A stretch of DNA of 60,092 bases from Candidatus Bathyarchaeota archaeon. Lineage in GTDB: Archaea > Thermoproteota > Bathyarchaeia > TCS64 > B23. The notes beneath the pieces are model-generated. The model was not told the origin of the DNA and did no database searches. It worked only from the letters and a program-made list of their open reading frames with translations. A program made the position numbers and the translations under genes. The DNA lies in contig CALEIY010000017.1 of assembly GCA_937898665.1 (NCBI GenBank), positions 1 to 60,092 of the forward strand, in the 5' to 3' direction. Each line of letters starts with the position of its first letter. Within the stretch, counting starts at the first letter, position 1. This document shows, one piece after another, positions 9,312 through 17,989 of this stretch.

Positions 9312-9491
9312 ATGCCGTTGGTGGAGATTAAGTGGTGGAAGGGCCGCAGCGATGAGGTGAAGGCTAAGGCGATAGAGCTTGTAACTAAGGCCATCTGCGA
9401 GGCGACTGGCTGCCCGCCGGAGGCTGTGACCGTCATAATCTATGACATCGAGCGCTCTAATTGGGGTCATGGTGGAAAGCCCTACATCTAA
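9312..9491 (+). CDS. 4-oxalocrotonate tautomerase family protein (59 aa)
   Basis: Below the ORF-track length cutoff. MPLVEIKWWKGRSDEVKAKAIELVTKAICEATGCPPEAVTVIIYDIERSNWGHGGKPYI has Pro at position 2 and a beta-alpha-beta layout typical of the tautomerase superfamily. Confidence 0.7.
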   Translation: MPLVEIKWWKGRSDEVKAKAIELVTKAICEATGCPPEAVTVIIYDIERSNWGHGGKPYI

Positions 9492-9496
9492 CCCCC

Positions 9497-9504
9497 TTTT
9501 ATAT
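9497..9504 (+). promoter_or_regulatory. TATA-like box for a probably leaderless EamA-like gene
   Basis: TTTTATAT ends 23 nt upstream of the GTG at 9527. Confidence 0.4.
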
Positions 9505-9526
9505 CCCTAGACACCTCTCTTCCTCG

Positions 9527-9955
9527 GTGGCCTCCTTGGGTTGGCTCCTCTGGTCTCTCATAGCCCTCTTCTTCTACAGCCTCATGCCCCCTCTCGTCAA
9601 GTCAGCTATGAGGGTGATCCCATCCTATGTCGCCGTCACCGTCACCAACGCCATACTCGTCTTCACAGCCTTCCTCGTGGCGGAGTCTCAGGGCTATAGA
9701 TTCATGAAGTATCTGTCGCTCTCCAGATCCTCGTTGATGCTCTACGCAGCTGGATTGGTTCTAGCCGTCGCCATCATCGCCTACTATAGGGCGCTGGAGC
9801 TTGGGGCCATCAGCGTCGTCGTCCCAATATATGGGATGCACCTCGCCCTCTCAAGCCTCTGGGGCTTCCTATTCATGGGTGAGAGGCCTACAACCCTCAA
9901 GCTCCTGGGCCTCCTCTTCGCCCTCCTCGCCATAATCCTGTTATCAAGGCCCTGA
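9527..9955 (+). CDS. EamA/DMT-family small membrane transporter
   Basis: Four to five hydrophobic helices, AYYRALELGAISVVVPI and LFMGERPT motifs. The GTG at 9527 is preferred because the track start at 9461 overlaps the tautomerase gene. Confidence 0.6.
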   Translation: MASLGWLLWSLIALFFYSLMPPLVKSAMRVIPSYVAVTVTNAILVFTAFLVAESQGYRFMKYLSLSRSSLMLYAAGLVLAVAIIAYYRALELGAISVVVPIYGMHLALSSLWGFLFMGERPTTLKLLGLLFALLAIILLSRP

Positions 9956-9962
9956 GGCCGTC

Positions 9963-10625
9963 TCAACTCCACCTCGGGTAGGTGAGGTAGAGGATGAGGA
10001 AGGAGGTGGAGGGGATGGTTAGGTTGTCGTCTATCGGGCCGAACTCGAAGTGTTCGATGAAGGCTGCGACGATGGCTGAGACGACTCCCCAGAGGCCCAC
10101 CGCGCAGCCTATAGGCAGGCAGACGGCGGCCATGGCGAGGTTCCCCCACCAGGACTTCGTCCTACGCCTGAAGATGAGGTTTCGCACCACCCCCGTGACC
10201 GCATCGCCGAAGGACATGTAGAGAACCGGTATGACGCCCAACCTGAAGTCTCCCTCGGTGAGGAGCCATCCCAGGGTTATGGCCAAACCCCAGGCTATGC
10301 AGAAGTGGACCTCGAATAGGTTTTCAGGCGTTTGAAACCAGGTTAGGAGCCTCCCAGTCCGGTGGGGTATGTAGAGGAGGACTGCGAGGATGAGGCTCAT
10401 CGATAGGGGTATGAGGGGGGTGGAGAAGAGGCGTGGGATGAGCAGGGCGATGAGGCCGCCGGCGAGGATGTGTATTATCTTCCTATTGAAGTATATGGCC
10501 ACGCCATGGCTTAGACCCCTTCCCCTCATCAGGCTGTAGAGCCATCTTGTGAGGGGAATCGAGACGAAGATCACCCAGGTTAGAAGGATGAGGGCGTAGA
10601 AAAGCTCTCGAGGGATCAGATTCAT
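9963..10625 (-). CDS. Polyprenol/dolichol (phytol) kinase-family membrane protein
   Basis: NRKIIHILAGG and SFGDAVTGVVRNLIFRRRTKSWWGNLAM resemble CTP-dependent polyprenol kinases. The ATG at 10625 is preferred over the track start at 10670. Confidence 0.5.
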   Translation of the reverse strand: MNLIPRELFYALILLTWVIFVSIPLTRWLYSLMRGRGLSHGVAIYFNRKIIHILAGGLIALLIPRLFSTPLIPLSMSLILAVLLYIPHRTGRLLTWFQTPENLFEVHFCIAWGLAITLGWLLTEGDFRLGVIPVLYMSFGDAVTGVVRNLIFRRRTKSWWGNLAMAAVCLPIGCAVGLWGVVSAIVAAFIEHFEFGPIDDNLTIPSTSFLILYLTYPRWS

Positions 10626-10645
10626 CCCAATAGAGGGTTTTAAAA

Positions 10646-10653
10646 TATTTAAA
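10646..10653 (-). promoter_or_regulatory. TATA box (TTTAAATA on minus strand) between the lysS stop and the downstream gene
   Basis: Centred about 25 nt upstream of the ATG at 10625, which suggests a leaderless transcript. Confidence 0.4.
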
Positions 10654-10656
10654 AGG

Positions 10657-12264
10657 CTAATCCCCTTCAAGGGCCCTCTCCAACTCCCCTATGGCGTTCT
10701 CAACCCCTATGGCCTCGACGTAGGGGCCGAACCTTGGGCCCTGAGGCTCCCCGAGGAGGATGAGGTATAGGGTGCGGAAGAACCTTCTGGGCGAGAGACC
10801 TAGGCTTCGGGCCACCTTGAAGACGGCGCTCTGATAATCGTCTGCACCCCTCCCCCTCCTCAGCTCCCCTATCAGCCTCCTCACAGCTTCCGCCTCCTCG
10901 GCTGAGAGCTCCACCGGCTTCCTCACCGGCTCCTCGAAGTCCCTAACCCAATTCAACGCATATCTGATCCTCTCCTCCAGCCCTCTCGCCCCCCTCTTGA
11001 GGTAGCCATATTCGCTTAGCTTCTCCCTGATATACTCCTCCTCACGCCCCTCTGGGGCGACTCTCGCGAGGTTTACCAGCAGTCTATAGGGTATGTGGAC
11101 GCTCGGCTCCTTCGGAGGCTTGAGGAGCCAGCAGTATTCGTAGAGGCCTCTGAGCTTCGCCCTCTCCTTTGGATCCTCGATGTTAACCCTGTTGAAGTAG
11201 ATATCCTCCAACCTATCCAGCTCATCCATGTAGACCGGTATATCCTCAACCCCCACGCTTCGAGTCCCTATGAATCTCTTCAAAAGCAGCAGATTGAGGG
11301 ACTGGGGAGACCCATACCTGAACCAGACCTGAGGCGTGAAGACGTTTCCAGCCGACTTCGATATCTTTCGACCACCCTTATCTAGGAACATCTCATATTG
11401 GACGTGCATCGGCGGCTCGTGGCCCAGTATCTCGCGGCAGATGCGGTCATTCACCTTCACGGAGTCGGCGATATCCTTGCCGTAGGCCTCGAATCTTATG
11501 TCGAGGGCCTTCCACCTGGCTGCGAACTCCACCTTCCAGCTGAGTTTCCCCTCGCCGGCTGTGACGTCGACTTCACCTTCGTAGCCGCAGCCCTCCAGCC
11601 ATCGCCCCTTCACCTCCATCCCTTCACAGCGGTAGAGAACCTTGCGTTCATCTGGCAGATACTTGTAGGCGTTGGTGGTGTAGATGCGTCCACAGTTCTC
11701 GCAGACGGGGAAGTAGGGGAGGGAGTTTAGGAACTTCGTCTGGCCAATCTCCTCGTAGATTATCCTCCCCGCCCTCTCGGCGTTCTCCATTATCTCGATG
11801 ATCTCCCTGTTTAGCAGTCCCTGCCTATAGACCCTGGCTCCGGACATGAAGCGATACTCGACGCCGATGACGTCTAGGGCTTCAAGGAGCAGTGATGACA
11901 TGTGATCTCCGAAGCTCTCATGGCATCTTCCAAAGGGGTCTGGGATATCCGAGACGGGGTATCCAAGCCACTTCTCCAGCTCCTTTGGAAGTCCAGCTGG
12001 AACCTTTCTTAGGCCATCCTTATCGTCGGAGAAGGCGATATACTCAGCCTTATATCCCTGCTCCTCCACCGCGAGGGCGATGGCATAGTTCCTTATACAG
12101 TCTCCGAGGCTTCCGATGTGGGGGAACCCCGAGGCCCCCAATCCACTCTCCGTTCTTATGAGATCCAGGCTTCTACCTAGTCTCAACTCCCTTTCTATGA
12201 GCTCCTTAGCCGCCTTGTCATACCAGGTTCCATGTCCTATGATCTCTGGTGGGGAGACCATCAC
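10657..12264 (-). CDS. lysS: Lysyl-tRNA synthetase, class I
   Basis: SGLGASGFPHIGSLGD (HIGH-like), FSDDKDGLRKVP, zinc-knuckle region CENCGR...C, KISKSAGN (KMSKS). 535 aa. Confidence 0.9.
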   Translation of the reverse strand: MMVSPPEIIGHGTWYDKAAKELIERELRLGRSLDLIRTESGLGASGFPHIGSLGDCIRNYAIALAVEEQGYKAEYIAFSDDKDGLRKVPAGLPKELEKWLGYPVSDIPDPFGRCHESFGDHMSSLLLEALDVIGVEYRFMSGARVYRQGLLNREIIEIMENAERAGRIIYEEIGQTKFLNSLPYFPVCENCGRIYTTNAYKYLPDERKVLYRCEGMEVKGRWLEGCGYEGEVDVTAGEGKLSWKVEFAARWKALDIRFEAYGKDIADSVKVNDRICREILGHEPPMHVQYEMFLDKGGRKISKSAGNVFTPQVWFRYGSPQSLNLLLLKRFIGTRSVGVEDIPVYMDELDRLEDIYFNRVNIEDPKERAKLRGLYEYCWLLKPPKEPSVHIPYRLLVNLARVAPEGREEEYIREKLSEYGYLKRGARGLEERIRYALNWVRDFEEPVRKPVELSAEEAEAVRRLIGELRRGRGADDYQSAVFKVARSLGLSPRRFFRTLYLILLGEPQGPRFGPYVEAIGVENAIGELERALEGD

Positions 12265-12337
12265 GACTAATCTCTCATAAAGCCCCTTTATAAAGTGGCG
12301 GATAAGCCTATAATGTCCTCAACCTATTTTCTCGTCG

Positions 12338-13018
12338 ATGGGGGAGAGACGCCCTCTCTTCACCTACGCTCTTCTCCTCCTACTGGTTTTCATACAGCTA
12401 TATCTATCAATCCTCCCCCTAGACGAGGCCTTAAGGCTCTATGAGGCCTACTCTCTGACCCCGGTGAGGCTGCTGCGGGGTTTAAACCCCGACTCCATCG
12501 TCACCTACATGTTTCTACATGGAGGCTGGCTTCACCTAGCTTTGAATGCCGTCGCCCTCCTGGGGGCTGGAGGCATAGTGGAGGGGGAGCTTGGAGCATT
12601 GAGATGCGCTGCGATATATCTCTCCTCCGGCATCGTCTCGGGTCTAGTCCACGTCCTCCTCAACCCCCGCTCCGATGTCCCCCTAGTCGGCGCCTCTGGA
12701 GCCATCTTTGGGTTGATCGCCGTCCTCTTCCTCCTCACACCCTTCAAGATCACCTACGTCCTCTTCATCCCCCTTCCCGCCTTCCTCGTAGGCGTCATCC
12801 TCTCAGCCGCGGAGTTCTCCTCCCTCTGGCTCGGCGTCGAGGGCTTCGTAGCCCATGACGTCCATGTCGCCGGCCTCATCTACGGCTCCCTCTGCGCCTT
12901 CCTCATAGATTCTAAGAGGGCGTTGAAGGGGCTGCTGGTGGCCGTCGCCACGGTTATACTGCTCTATCTCCTCGCTTGGAGGCTTGGCCTCCTCCCTCCT
13001 CTACCTCATGGACTCTAG
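12338..13018 (+). CDS. Rhomboid-family intramembrane serine protease
   Basis: MFLHGGWLHLALN and GASGAIFGL catalytic-serine motifs, with a later His in VHVAGLIYG. Confidence 0.85.
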   Translation: MGERRPLFTYALLLLLVFIQLYLSILPLDEALRLYEAYSLTPVRLLRGLNPDSIVTYMFLHGGWLHLALNAVALLGAGGIVEGELGALRCAAIYLSSGIVSGLVHVLLNPRSDVPLVGASGAIFGLIAVLFLLTPFKITYVLFIPLPAFLVGVILSAAEFSSLWLGVEGFVAHDVHVAGLIYGSLCAFLIDSKRALKGLLVAVATVILLYLLAWRLGLLPPLPHGL

Positions 13019-13225
13019 CTCCCTACTCCACTGATTAATCCTCCTCAGCTTCTCCGTCAATTTAAGCCAGTAGGAGATTCTCCCCCTCAGCTCCTCCATC
13101 TGCCTCATATGCCTCTTGAACTCCCTCAGCTCCCCGTCGATCCTCCTCAGCCTCCGTTCATGTTCGAGAAGCATCCTCAGGATCAGCGCCTTATCCAGCT
13201 CCTCTCCATTCATCTGATGCCTCAA
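13001..13225 (-). CDS. Hypothetical coiled-coil protein
   Basis: 74 aa, Arg/Glu-rich heptad-like sequence. No family recognised. Confidence 0.3.
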   Translation of the reverse strand: MRHQMNGEELDKALILRMLLEHERRLRRIDGELREFKRHMRQMEELRGRISYWLKLTEKLRRINQWSRELESMR

Positions 13226-13281
13226 CCCCTCCAGCTGTGATAAGCTGAGTGTAACCGATTTCTGGGTGGAGGCGTGTACAG

Positions 13282-13899
13282 CTATCTATATGTCTTCTCC
13301 CTCTTCCCCCTCCGCGTCAGCTCTATCCATCTTATCGGCATCCTTCCCACCCTCCTCCTAAGCTGGTTGAGGAATCCCCTTGGATCTCGGGGGGAGAGCA
13401 GATAGGCTTCCTCCCCCTTAGTCAATAGGAGTACCACCACCTCATCAGAATTGGTGTAGTCCCTCAGCTTATACCCCGCCTCCCTGAGAAGCGCCACCGA
13501 TGACTTAGCATACTCGACGGCCTTACTTGGAATCCTCTCCAACCTCTCCCTCCTGATGTAGACCTCAGCCCTCTCTATCGCATCATAGGGGATGAGCGTC
13601 TCCCCCTTTGGAAACCTCTCGATGATAACCCCCTCCCCGCCCAGCTTATAGGAGCTGCTGTATATCGGTGCTCTCCAGAGCAGCAGGAGGGCGACGAATA
13701 GGGTGAGGAGGAAGAGAGCTAGGTCGCCGAGAAAATCCTCAGAGATGGGTGGAGCTCCAGCCATTAACCTAATCACCATGGAGTAGAACGTCAAGGCGAG
13801 GATCGGGATATTGAGTAGGGGGAGGATGAGGCCGATAAGCTTTCTCCTACGACTTAATGGAAGCGCCTCCACCTCCAAGTCTCCATCACGAGGCATCAT
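13282..13899 (-). CDS. Hypothetical membrane protein
   Basis: Two N-terminal hydrophobic helices followed by a soluble domain of about 110 aa. Confidence 0.4.
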   Translation of the reverse strand: MMPRDGDLEVEALPLSRRRKLIGLILPLLNIPILALTFYSMVIRLMAGAPPISEDFLGDLALFLLTLFVALLLLWRAPIYSSSYKLGGEGVIIERFPKGETLIPYDAIERAEVYIRRERLERIPSKAVEYAKSSVALLREAGYKLRDYTNSDEVVVLLLTKGEEAYLLSPRDPRGFLNQLRRRVGRMPIRWIELTRRGKREKTYR

Positions 13900-13960
13900 A
13901 TAGCCATTTGATTAGACCTTTAAATAGGGGCATACACCTCAAGCGAGGGGCGGCCGCCGT

Positions 13961-14491
13961 ATGGAGATATGGGTGCTAAGGCTGGGCCATAGACCCCATA
14001 GGGATCAGAGGATAACAACCCACGTGATGCTGGCAGCCAGGGCCTTCGGCGCCCATGGCGCCCTATACACCGGCGTGAGGGATGAGTCGATGGAGCGGTC
14101 TGTCCATGGGGTTGTGGAGAATTGGGGAGGCTCCTTCGAGGTTCGATACGTTGAGAGTTGGCGTAAGGCCTTAAGGGATTGGAGGGAGCGGGGAGGGAGG
14201 GTGATCCACCTAACGATGTATGGACTGCCGGTTCAGAGGGTCATCGATGAGATCAGGACCGATCCCTCGCCGAAGCTCATAGTCGTCGGCGGAGCGAAGG
14301 TTCCAGGGGAGCTTTACGGCGAGGCTGATTGGAATGTCGCTGTAACCTCTCAACCCCACTCCGAGGTGAGTGCCTTAGCCGTCTTCCTCCACATGCTCTA
14401 CGAGGGGCGTGAATTAGAACTGGAGTTTAAGGGCGCAAAGCTGAGGGTTATACCCCAGGAGCGGGGGAAGAGGGTTGAACGCCTCGCTTAA
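13961..14491 (+). CDS. trm56: tRNA (cytidine56-2'-O)-methyltransferase aTrm56
   Basis: VLRLGHRPHRDQRITTHVMLAARAFGA is the signature N-terminus of the SPOUT enzyme aTrm56. Confidence 0.9.
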   Translation: MEIWVLRLGHRPHRDQRITTHVMLAARAFGAHGALYTGVRDESMERSVHGVVENWGGSFEVRYVESWRKALRDWRERGGRVIHLTMYGLPVQRVIDEIRTDPSPKLIVVGGAKVPGELYGEADWNVAVTSQPHSEVSALAVFLHMLYEGRELELEFKGAKLRVIPQERGKRVERLA

Positions 14492-14527
14492 CTTAAAGGG
14501 TCGTGGGACTAAATATTAGAGAGGTCG

Positions 14528-15037
14528 ATGTTAGGAGGCGTCGATGAGGAGAGGCTCCTAGAGGTGGCGCGTATCATAGGCGGCCAGGAGGGCGTCGAGA
14601 TTATAAAGGCTCTAAAGGAGCGGGATGATCTAACCGTCGAGGAGATCTCCGAGCGGACGGGTATACAGATCAACACCGTTAGGAGGCTTCTATACAAGTT
14701 CTATAATCATCGAATCGTCGCATCCAAGAGGTTTAGAGATCCCGAGACGGGCTGGTTCATCTTCCAGTGGAGGCTTCAACCCGACCTCGTAGACGCCTTC
14801 ATACAGGGGATGAAGAAGAAGATTTTGAAGAAGTTGAGGGAGCGCCTTGAATACGAGGAGGGCCACGACTTCTATCACTGCGGCGGAGAGAATTGTCCAA
14901 GGCTTACCTTCGAGGAGGCGATGGAAGCCGTATTCCGCTGTCCGAAATGCGGCGAACCCCTAAAACCCTTCGATAACACACCTCACAAGGAGTTTCTCCG
15001 ACGCAAGATCAAGGAGTTAGAGGAGGAGCTGGGATGA
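14528..15037 (+). CDS. tfe: Transcription factor E (TFE alpha)
   Basis: Winged helix (LTVEEISERTGIQINTVRRLLYKF) plus zinc ribbon CGGENC...CPKCG. Confidence 0.8.
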   Translation: MLGGVDEERLLEVARIIGGQEGVEIIKALKERDDLTVEEISERTGIQINTVRRLLYKFYNHRIVASKRFRDPETGWFIFQWRLQPDLVDAFIQGMKKKILKKLRERLEYEEGHDFYHCGGENCPRLTFEEAMEAVFRCPKCGEPLKPFDNTPHKEFLRRKIKELEEELG

Positions 15038-15570
15038 AGCTTCCAAGCAGGGATGAGGCCATAAAGCTGATGAGGGAGGCGGGATGCAGCGAGGGAGTCA
15101 TAAGGCATTGTCGAAGCGTCACCAGGGTGGCTTTGAGGATCGCTGAGAAGCTGAGGATGAGGGGATATAATCTGGACTTGTCTCTCATAGAGATCGGCGC
15201 CCTTCTCCACGACTTAGGTAGGGCGAAGACCCATGGAGTTGAGCATGGAGCCATAGGGGGCCAGATGGCGCGGGAGAGAGGCTTACCGGAGCCGATAGCT
15301 AGGATCATAGAGCGCCACGTCGGAGCCGGTATAACCCCCGAGGAGGCTAAAAGACTGGGACTGCCGGATGGAGACTATATTCCCAGAACTCTGGAGGAGA
15401 AGGTGGTGGCCTACGCAGATAAGCTCATCGAGGGCGAGAAGGAAGTTGATTTCGAGGAGACCCTAAATAGGTTTATAGAGGAGCTAGGGGAGGATCACCC
15501 CGCGATAGAGCGGATGAGAAGACTTCACAGGGAGATGATGGAGCTCCTTGGGGAAACTATAAAGGAGTAG
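15034..15570 (+). CDS. HD/HDIG-domain phosphohydrolase
   Basis: LLHDLGRAKTHGVEHG and ERHVGAGI motifs. Overlaps the tfe stop by 4 nt. Confidence 0.75.
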   Translation: MKLPSRDEAIKLMREAGCSEGVIRHCRSVTRVALRIAEKLRMRGYNLDLSLIEIGALLHDLGRAKTHGVEHGAIGGQMARERGLPEPIARIIERHVGAGITPEEAKRLGLPDGDYIPRTLEEKVVAYADKLIEGEKEVDFEETLNRFIEELGEDHPAIERMRRLHREMMELLGETIKE

Positions 15571-15588
15571 AAGCATTAAGCCTAGAGA

Positions 15589-15663
15589 GGGCCGGTCGTC
15601 TAGCCTGGCTGGGACGCTGCCCTTACGAGGCAGAGGTCGCCGGTTCAAATCCGGCCCGGCCCA
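15589..15663 (+). tRNA. tRNA-Val (anticodon UAC)
   Basis: Cloverleaf folded by hand. Acceptor GGGCCGG/CCGGCCC, anticodon stem CTGCC/GGCAG with loop CTTACGA, T arm GCCGG-TTCAAAT-CCGGC. No encoded CCA. Confidence 0.9.
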
Positions 15664-15734
15664 CTCCCTAAAGCTCCTCAACTAGAGGTGGCGGAGGAGG
15701 GGATCCGTTATAAGTGGCAGCCACTTATAAGGCG

Positions 15735-16334
15735 TCACGTGATTACCCTTAAGGCCTCGGGCTTGAACTGCTGTAGGGCCCCTAACAGGGTTTCATACTC
15801 CTTCTTTCCGCTTATATCGATCTTGATCTCATCTCCGAAGCGCCTCATGATCTTCAGGTGGCCGCCCTTAATTCTCCCAGGCTTCTTAAGCTCTATGTAG
15901 GTTACATCATCCCTATAGACCTCGAAGTCCTTCCCCTTCTCGATCTCCGAGAGCGTCTTATCCACCTCCTTCCTCGTCATCCTTGAGGCTATGAGGCCGC
16001 CTATAACCCCGCCGAAGGCGAATCCCAAACCGCTTAGAAGACCCTTCCCCCTCATCTTCACCCCTATGATTCTTCTATCGGTGACGTAGACTCCATAGCC
16101 TCTGAGGAATCCTTTCTTCATATTCGCGCTTGAGACTCCTCCAAGGATTCTCTCATATGCTGGGGGCTGAGCCGCCGTTGGGGGAGTGTATGCCGGTGGG
16201 GGCTGGTATTGGGGTTGGGCCGGTGGAGGAGTCGGCATACGCCTCTCGGCGAGGTTGTATCCGCAGTTTGGGCAGAACCTATCCGTGGGCTCGACGGGGG
16301 TTCCACAGTTGGGACAATACTTCACTCTACTCAC
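15735..16334 (-). CDS. Zinc-ribbon protein with Pro-rich linker
   Basis: CPNCGTPVEPTDRFCPNCG, then a PPPAQPQYQPPPAYTPP linker and a C-terminal globular domain. Confidence 0.5.
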   Translation of the reverse strand: MSRVKYCPNCGTPVEPTDRFCPNCGYNLAERRMPTPPPAQPQYQPPPAYTPPTAAQPPAYERILGGVSSANMKKGFLRGYGVYVTDRRIIGVKMRGKGLLSGLGFAFGGVIGGLIASRMTRKEVDKTLSEIEKGKDFEVYRDDVTYIELKKPGRIKGGHLKIMRRFGDEIKIDISGKKEYETLLGALQQFKPEALRVIT

Positions 16335-16392
16335 CTAAAATTGATTCAGCGAGGATGATGAGATAATTTTATCGCCTGATGCGGTGCTATGC

Positions 16393-16983
16393 TCAGCCTT
16401 CCGCTAATCTTCTCAATTCGCTTAGAAGTTCCTCCATCGACTCGACGGGTTTCTCAAGTTTTTCCACCAGCTCCTCCGCCGCTTTGCCGTCGATCTCGAC
16501 GCCTCTAAGCCTCTCCCTCAGATCCTCTGGGTTAATGGGGAATTCAGCGTCTCTCATCCTCTTGATGACGTTTAAGGCCCATCCGACGCCGAGGGCTTCA
16601 AGCTCACCCTCCTTAATGAAGACGCCTCGCTCCCGCTTCATCTTTTCATAGGCCATCTTAGCTATGCCGCCGGCTATGTGTTCATCCACCTTCTCTATCT
16701 CCCCCTCCAGGTAGCGTTTAACCTCCTCAACGTTTGATCGCAGTATGTTCTTCACCGTCTGCTCCGTTATGCCGAGGGTTTCAGCGATCTCCTTACTCGT
16801 CTTAAGCATCTCCTCCTTCAACAGGATGACGTAGGCCGCCTCAGCTAGGGATGGCAGCCAAGTCAGCCGGCCATACTCAGCCAGCCGTCTAAGCCCCCCA
16901 AGGATTCTAAGGCATTCATGGAAGAGATTCTCAGCCATCTGATCGATATCCCTCTTGGCCACCGGACCCCTGATGACCTCCAT
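16393..16983 (-). CDS. Predicted HTH transcriptional regulator
   Basis: TSKEIAETLGITEQTVKNILR helix-turn-helix. Lies 2 nt downstream of the KaiC-like gene. Confidence 0.45.
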   Translation of the reverse strand: MEVIRGPVAKRDIDQMAENLFHECLRILGGLRRLAEYGRLTWLPSLAEAAYVILLKEEMLKTSKEIAETLGITEQTVKNILRSNVEEVKRYLEGEIEKVDEHIAGGIAKMAYEKMKRERGVFIKEGELEALGVGWALNVIKRMRDAEFPINPEDLRERLRGVEIDGKAAEELVEKLEKPVESMEELLSELRRLAEG

Positions 16984-16985
16984 TT

Positions 16986-17834
16986 TTAACCCCTCCTCTC
17001 AATGAATTCGGATAGAGGGGAAATAATCTTTATCGTCCCAGCCTCGGTTATCTCGAAGACCCATGTCCTGGTATCATGCCCCGTTAAGCGGCAGCCATCG
17101 ATCCTTATGGTTCTCAAAACCGATCCCACGGGGAGGCCGTAGAGCTTTGATTTCCAGGCGTTGTCGATGAGCACCTTATCCAGGACGATGCTCCCATCGA
17201 CGATGTGAGCCACAGCCAGGCCGCCGGCCGCCTCCGCGGTGTCGGAGGCCTGAGCTGACCGCTTCTGGGAGATGAATATACCGGTCTGCCTCCACTTCTT
17301 CAGGAAGTTGAAGAACATCCTGACGATCTGCCTCGCCATAACCTCCCTATGCTCATAGAGACCCGTTATGCTGTCTATGACGACGTTCTTAGTCCCCTTC
17401 TCCCTGATCGCATAGGCCATCGTATCCATCAACGTCTTAGGATCCTCGCGGAGCTCCTCGCTCTGAGAAGCGTCGATGACGACGATATTCCTCTCAACCC
17501 TCTCAAAGTCGGCTCCGAGGTAGGATGCCTTAGCCTTCATCGAGGTATAGAGGAAGCTGGCCGGGGACTCAACGGTGATGTAGAGCACCTTATATCCCGC
17601 ATCAGCCTGCTTCAAGGCGAACTGTTCAGCCAACACGCTCTTACCGCTGTCAGGAACCCCTGTGACGTTGAGAACTGAGAGATAGGGTATGCCCCCAAGG
17701 GGCTTTTTCACAAAGCGTCCATCCTCCTCCACGACCCTCCAGAACATCTCGTCCAGCTTGGTTCCAGTGCTAACCCCGAAGAGTTTTGGAGCCTCCCCCT
17801 CCAGCTCCCCCAGCTCCTTAAAAGCCCTCTCCAT
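16986..17834 (-). CDS. KaiC/RecA-superfamily ATPase
   Basis: Walker A GVPDSGKSVLAEQF, Walker B NVVIDSITGL, single RecA-like domain of 282 aa. Confidence 0.75.
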   Translation of the reverse strand: MERAFKELGELEGEAPKLFGVSTGTKLDEMFWRVVEEDGRFVKKPLGGIPYLSVLNVTGVPDSGKSVLAEQFALKQADAGYKVLYITVESPASFLYTSMKAKASYLGADFERVERNIVVIDASQSEELREDPKTLMDTMAYAIREKGTKNVVIDSITGLYEHREVMARQIVRMFFNFLKKWRQTGIFISQKRSAQASDTAEAAGGLAVAHIVDGSIVLDKVLIDNAWKSKLYGLPVGSVLRTIRIDGCRLTGHDTRTWVFEITEAGTIKIISPLSEFIERRG

Positions 17835-17885
17835 AGCCGGCCCCAGAGAACATCGAAAAGCCGAGATTTAAGGCTACAGATTAAG

Positions 17886-17958
17886 CGGGCCCGGGGGGAT
17901 TTGAACCCCCGCTCTCCGGCTCCGGAGGCCGGCGCCTTATCCACTCGGCTACGGGCCC
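17886..17958 (-). tRNA. tRNA-Arg (anticodon CCG)
   Basis: The reverse complement folds as acceptor GGGCCCG/CGGGCCC, anticodon stem CCGGC/GCCGG with loop CTCCGGA, T arm GGGGG-TTCAAAT-CCCCC. Confidence 0.9.
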
Positions 17959-17989
17959 AGGTTAAGGGAGGTCTTGAGGCATATAGGTT

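Noticed and set aside
9042-9470. 142-aa minus-strand ORF from the track
   Set aside because: It runs antisense across both C/D-box sRNAs and the 59-aa tautomerase-family gene. It has a low-complexity Ser/Arg-rich sequence and no recognisable motif. I treat it as a chance antisense frame in GC-rich DNA.
15484-15681. 65-aa minus-strand ORF
   Set aside because: It overlaps tRNA-Val(UAC) completely and is spurious.
16355-16379. AUGAUGA followed 14 nt later by CUGA in the spacer between the HTH and zinc-ribbon genes (possible mini C/D or k-turn element)
   Set aside because: There is only one box pair, about 25 nt in total. I found no convincing C'/D boxes or terminal stem downstream. It also lies on the strand opposite to the flanking genes, so the evidence is too weak to call.
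17708-17944. 78-aa minus-strand ORF
   Set aside because: It overlaps tRNA-Arg(CCG) and the 5' end of the KaiC-like gene in another frame.
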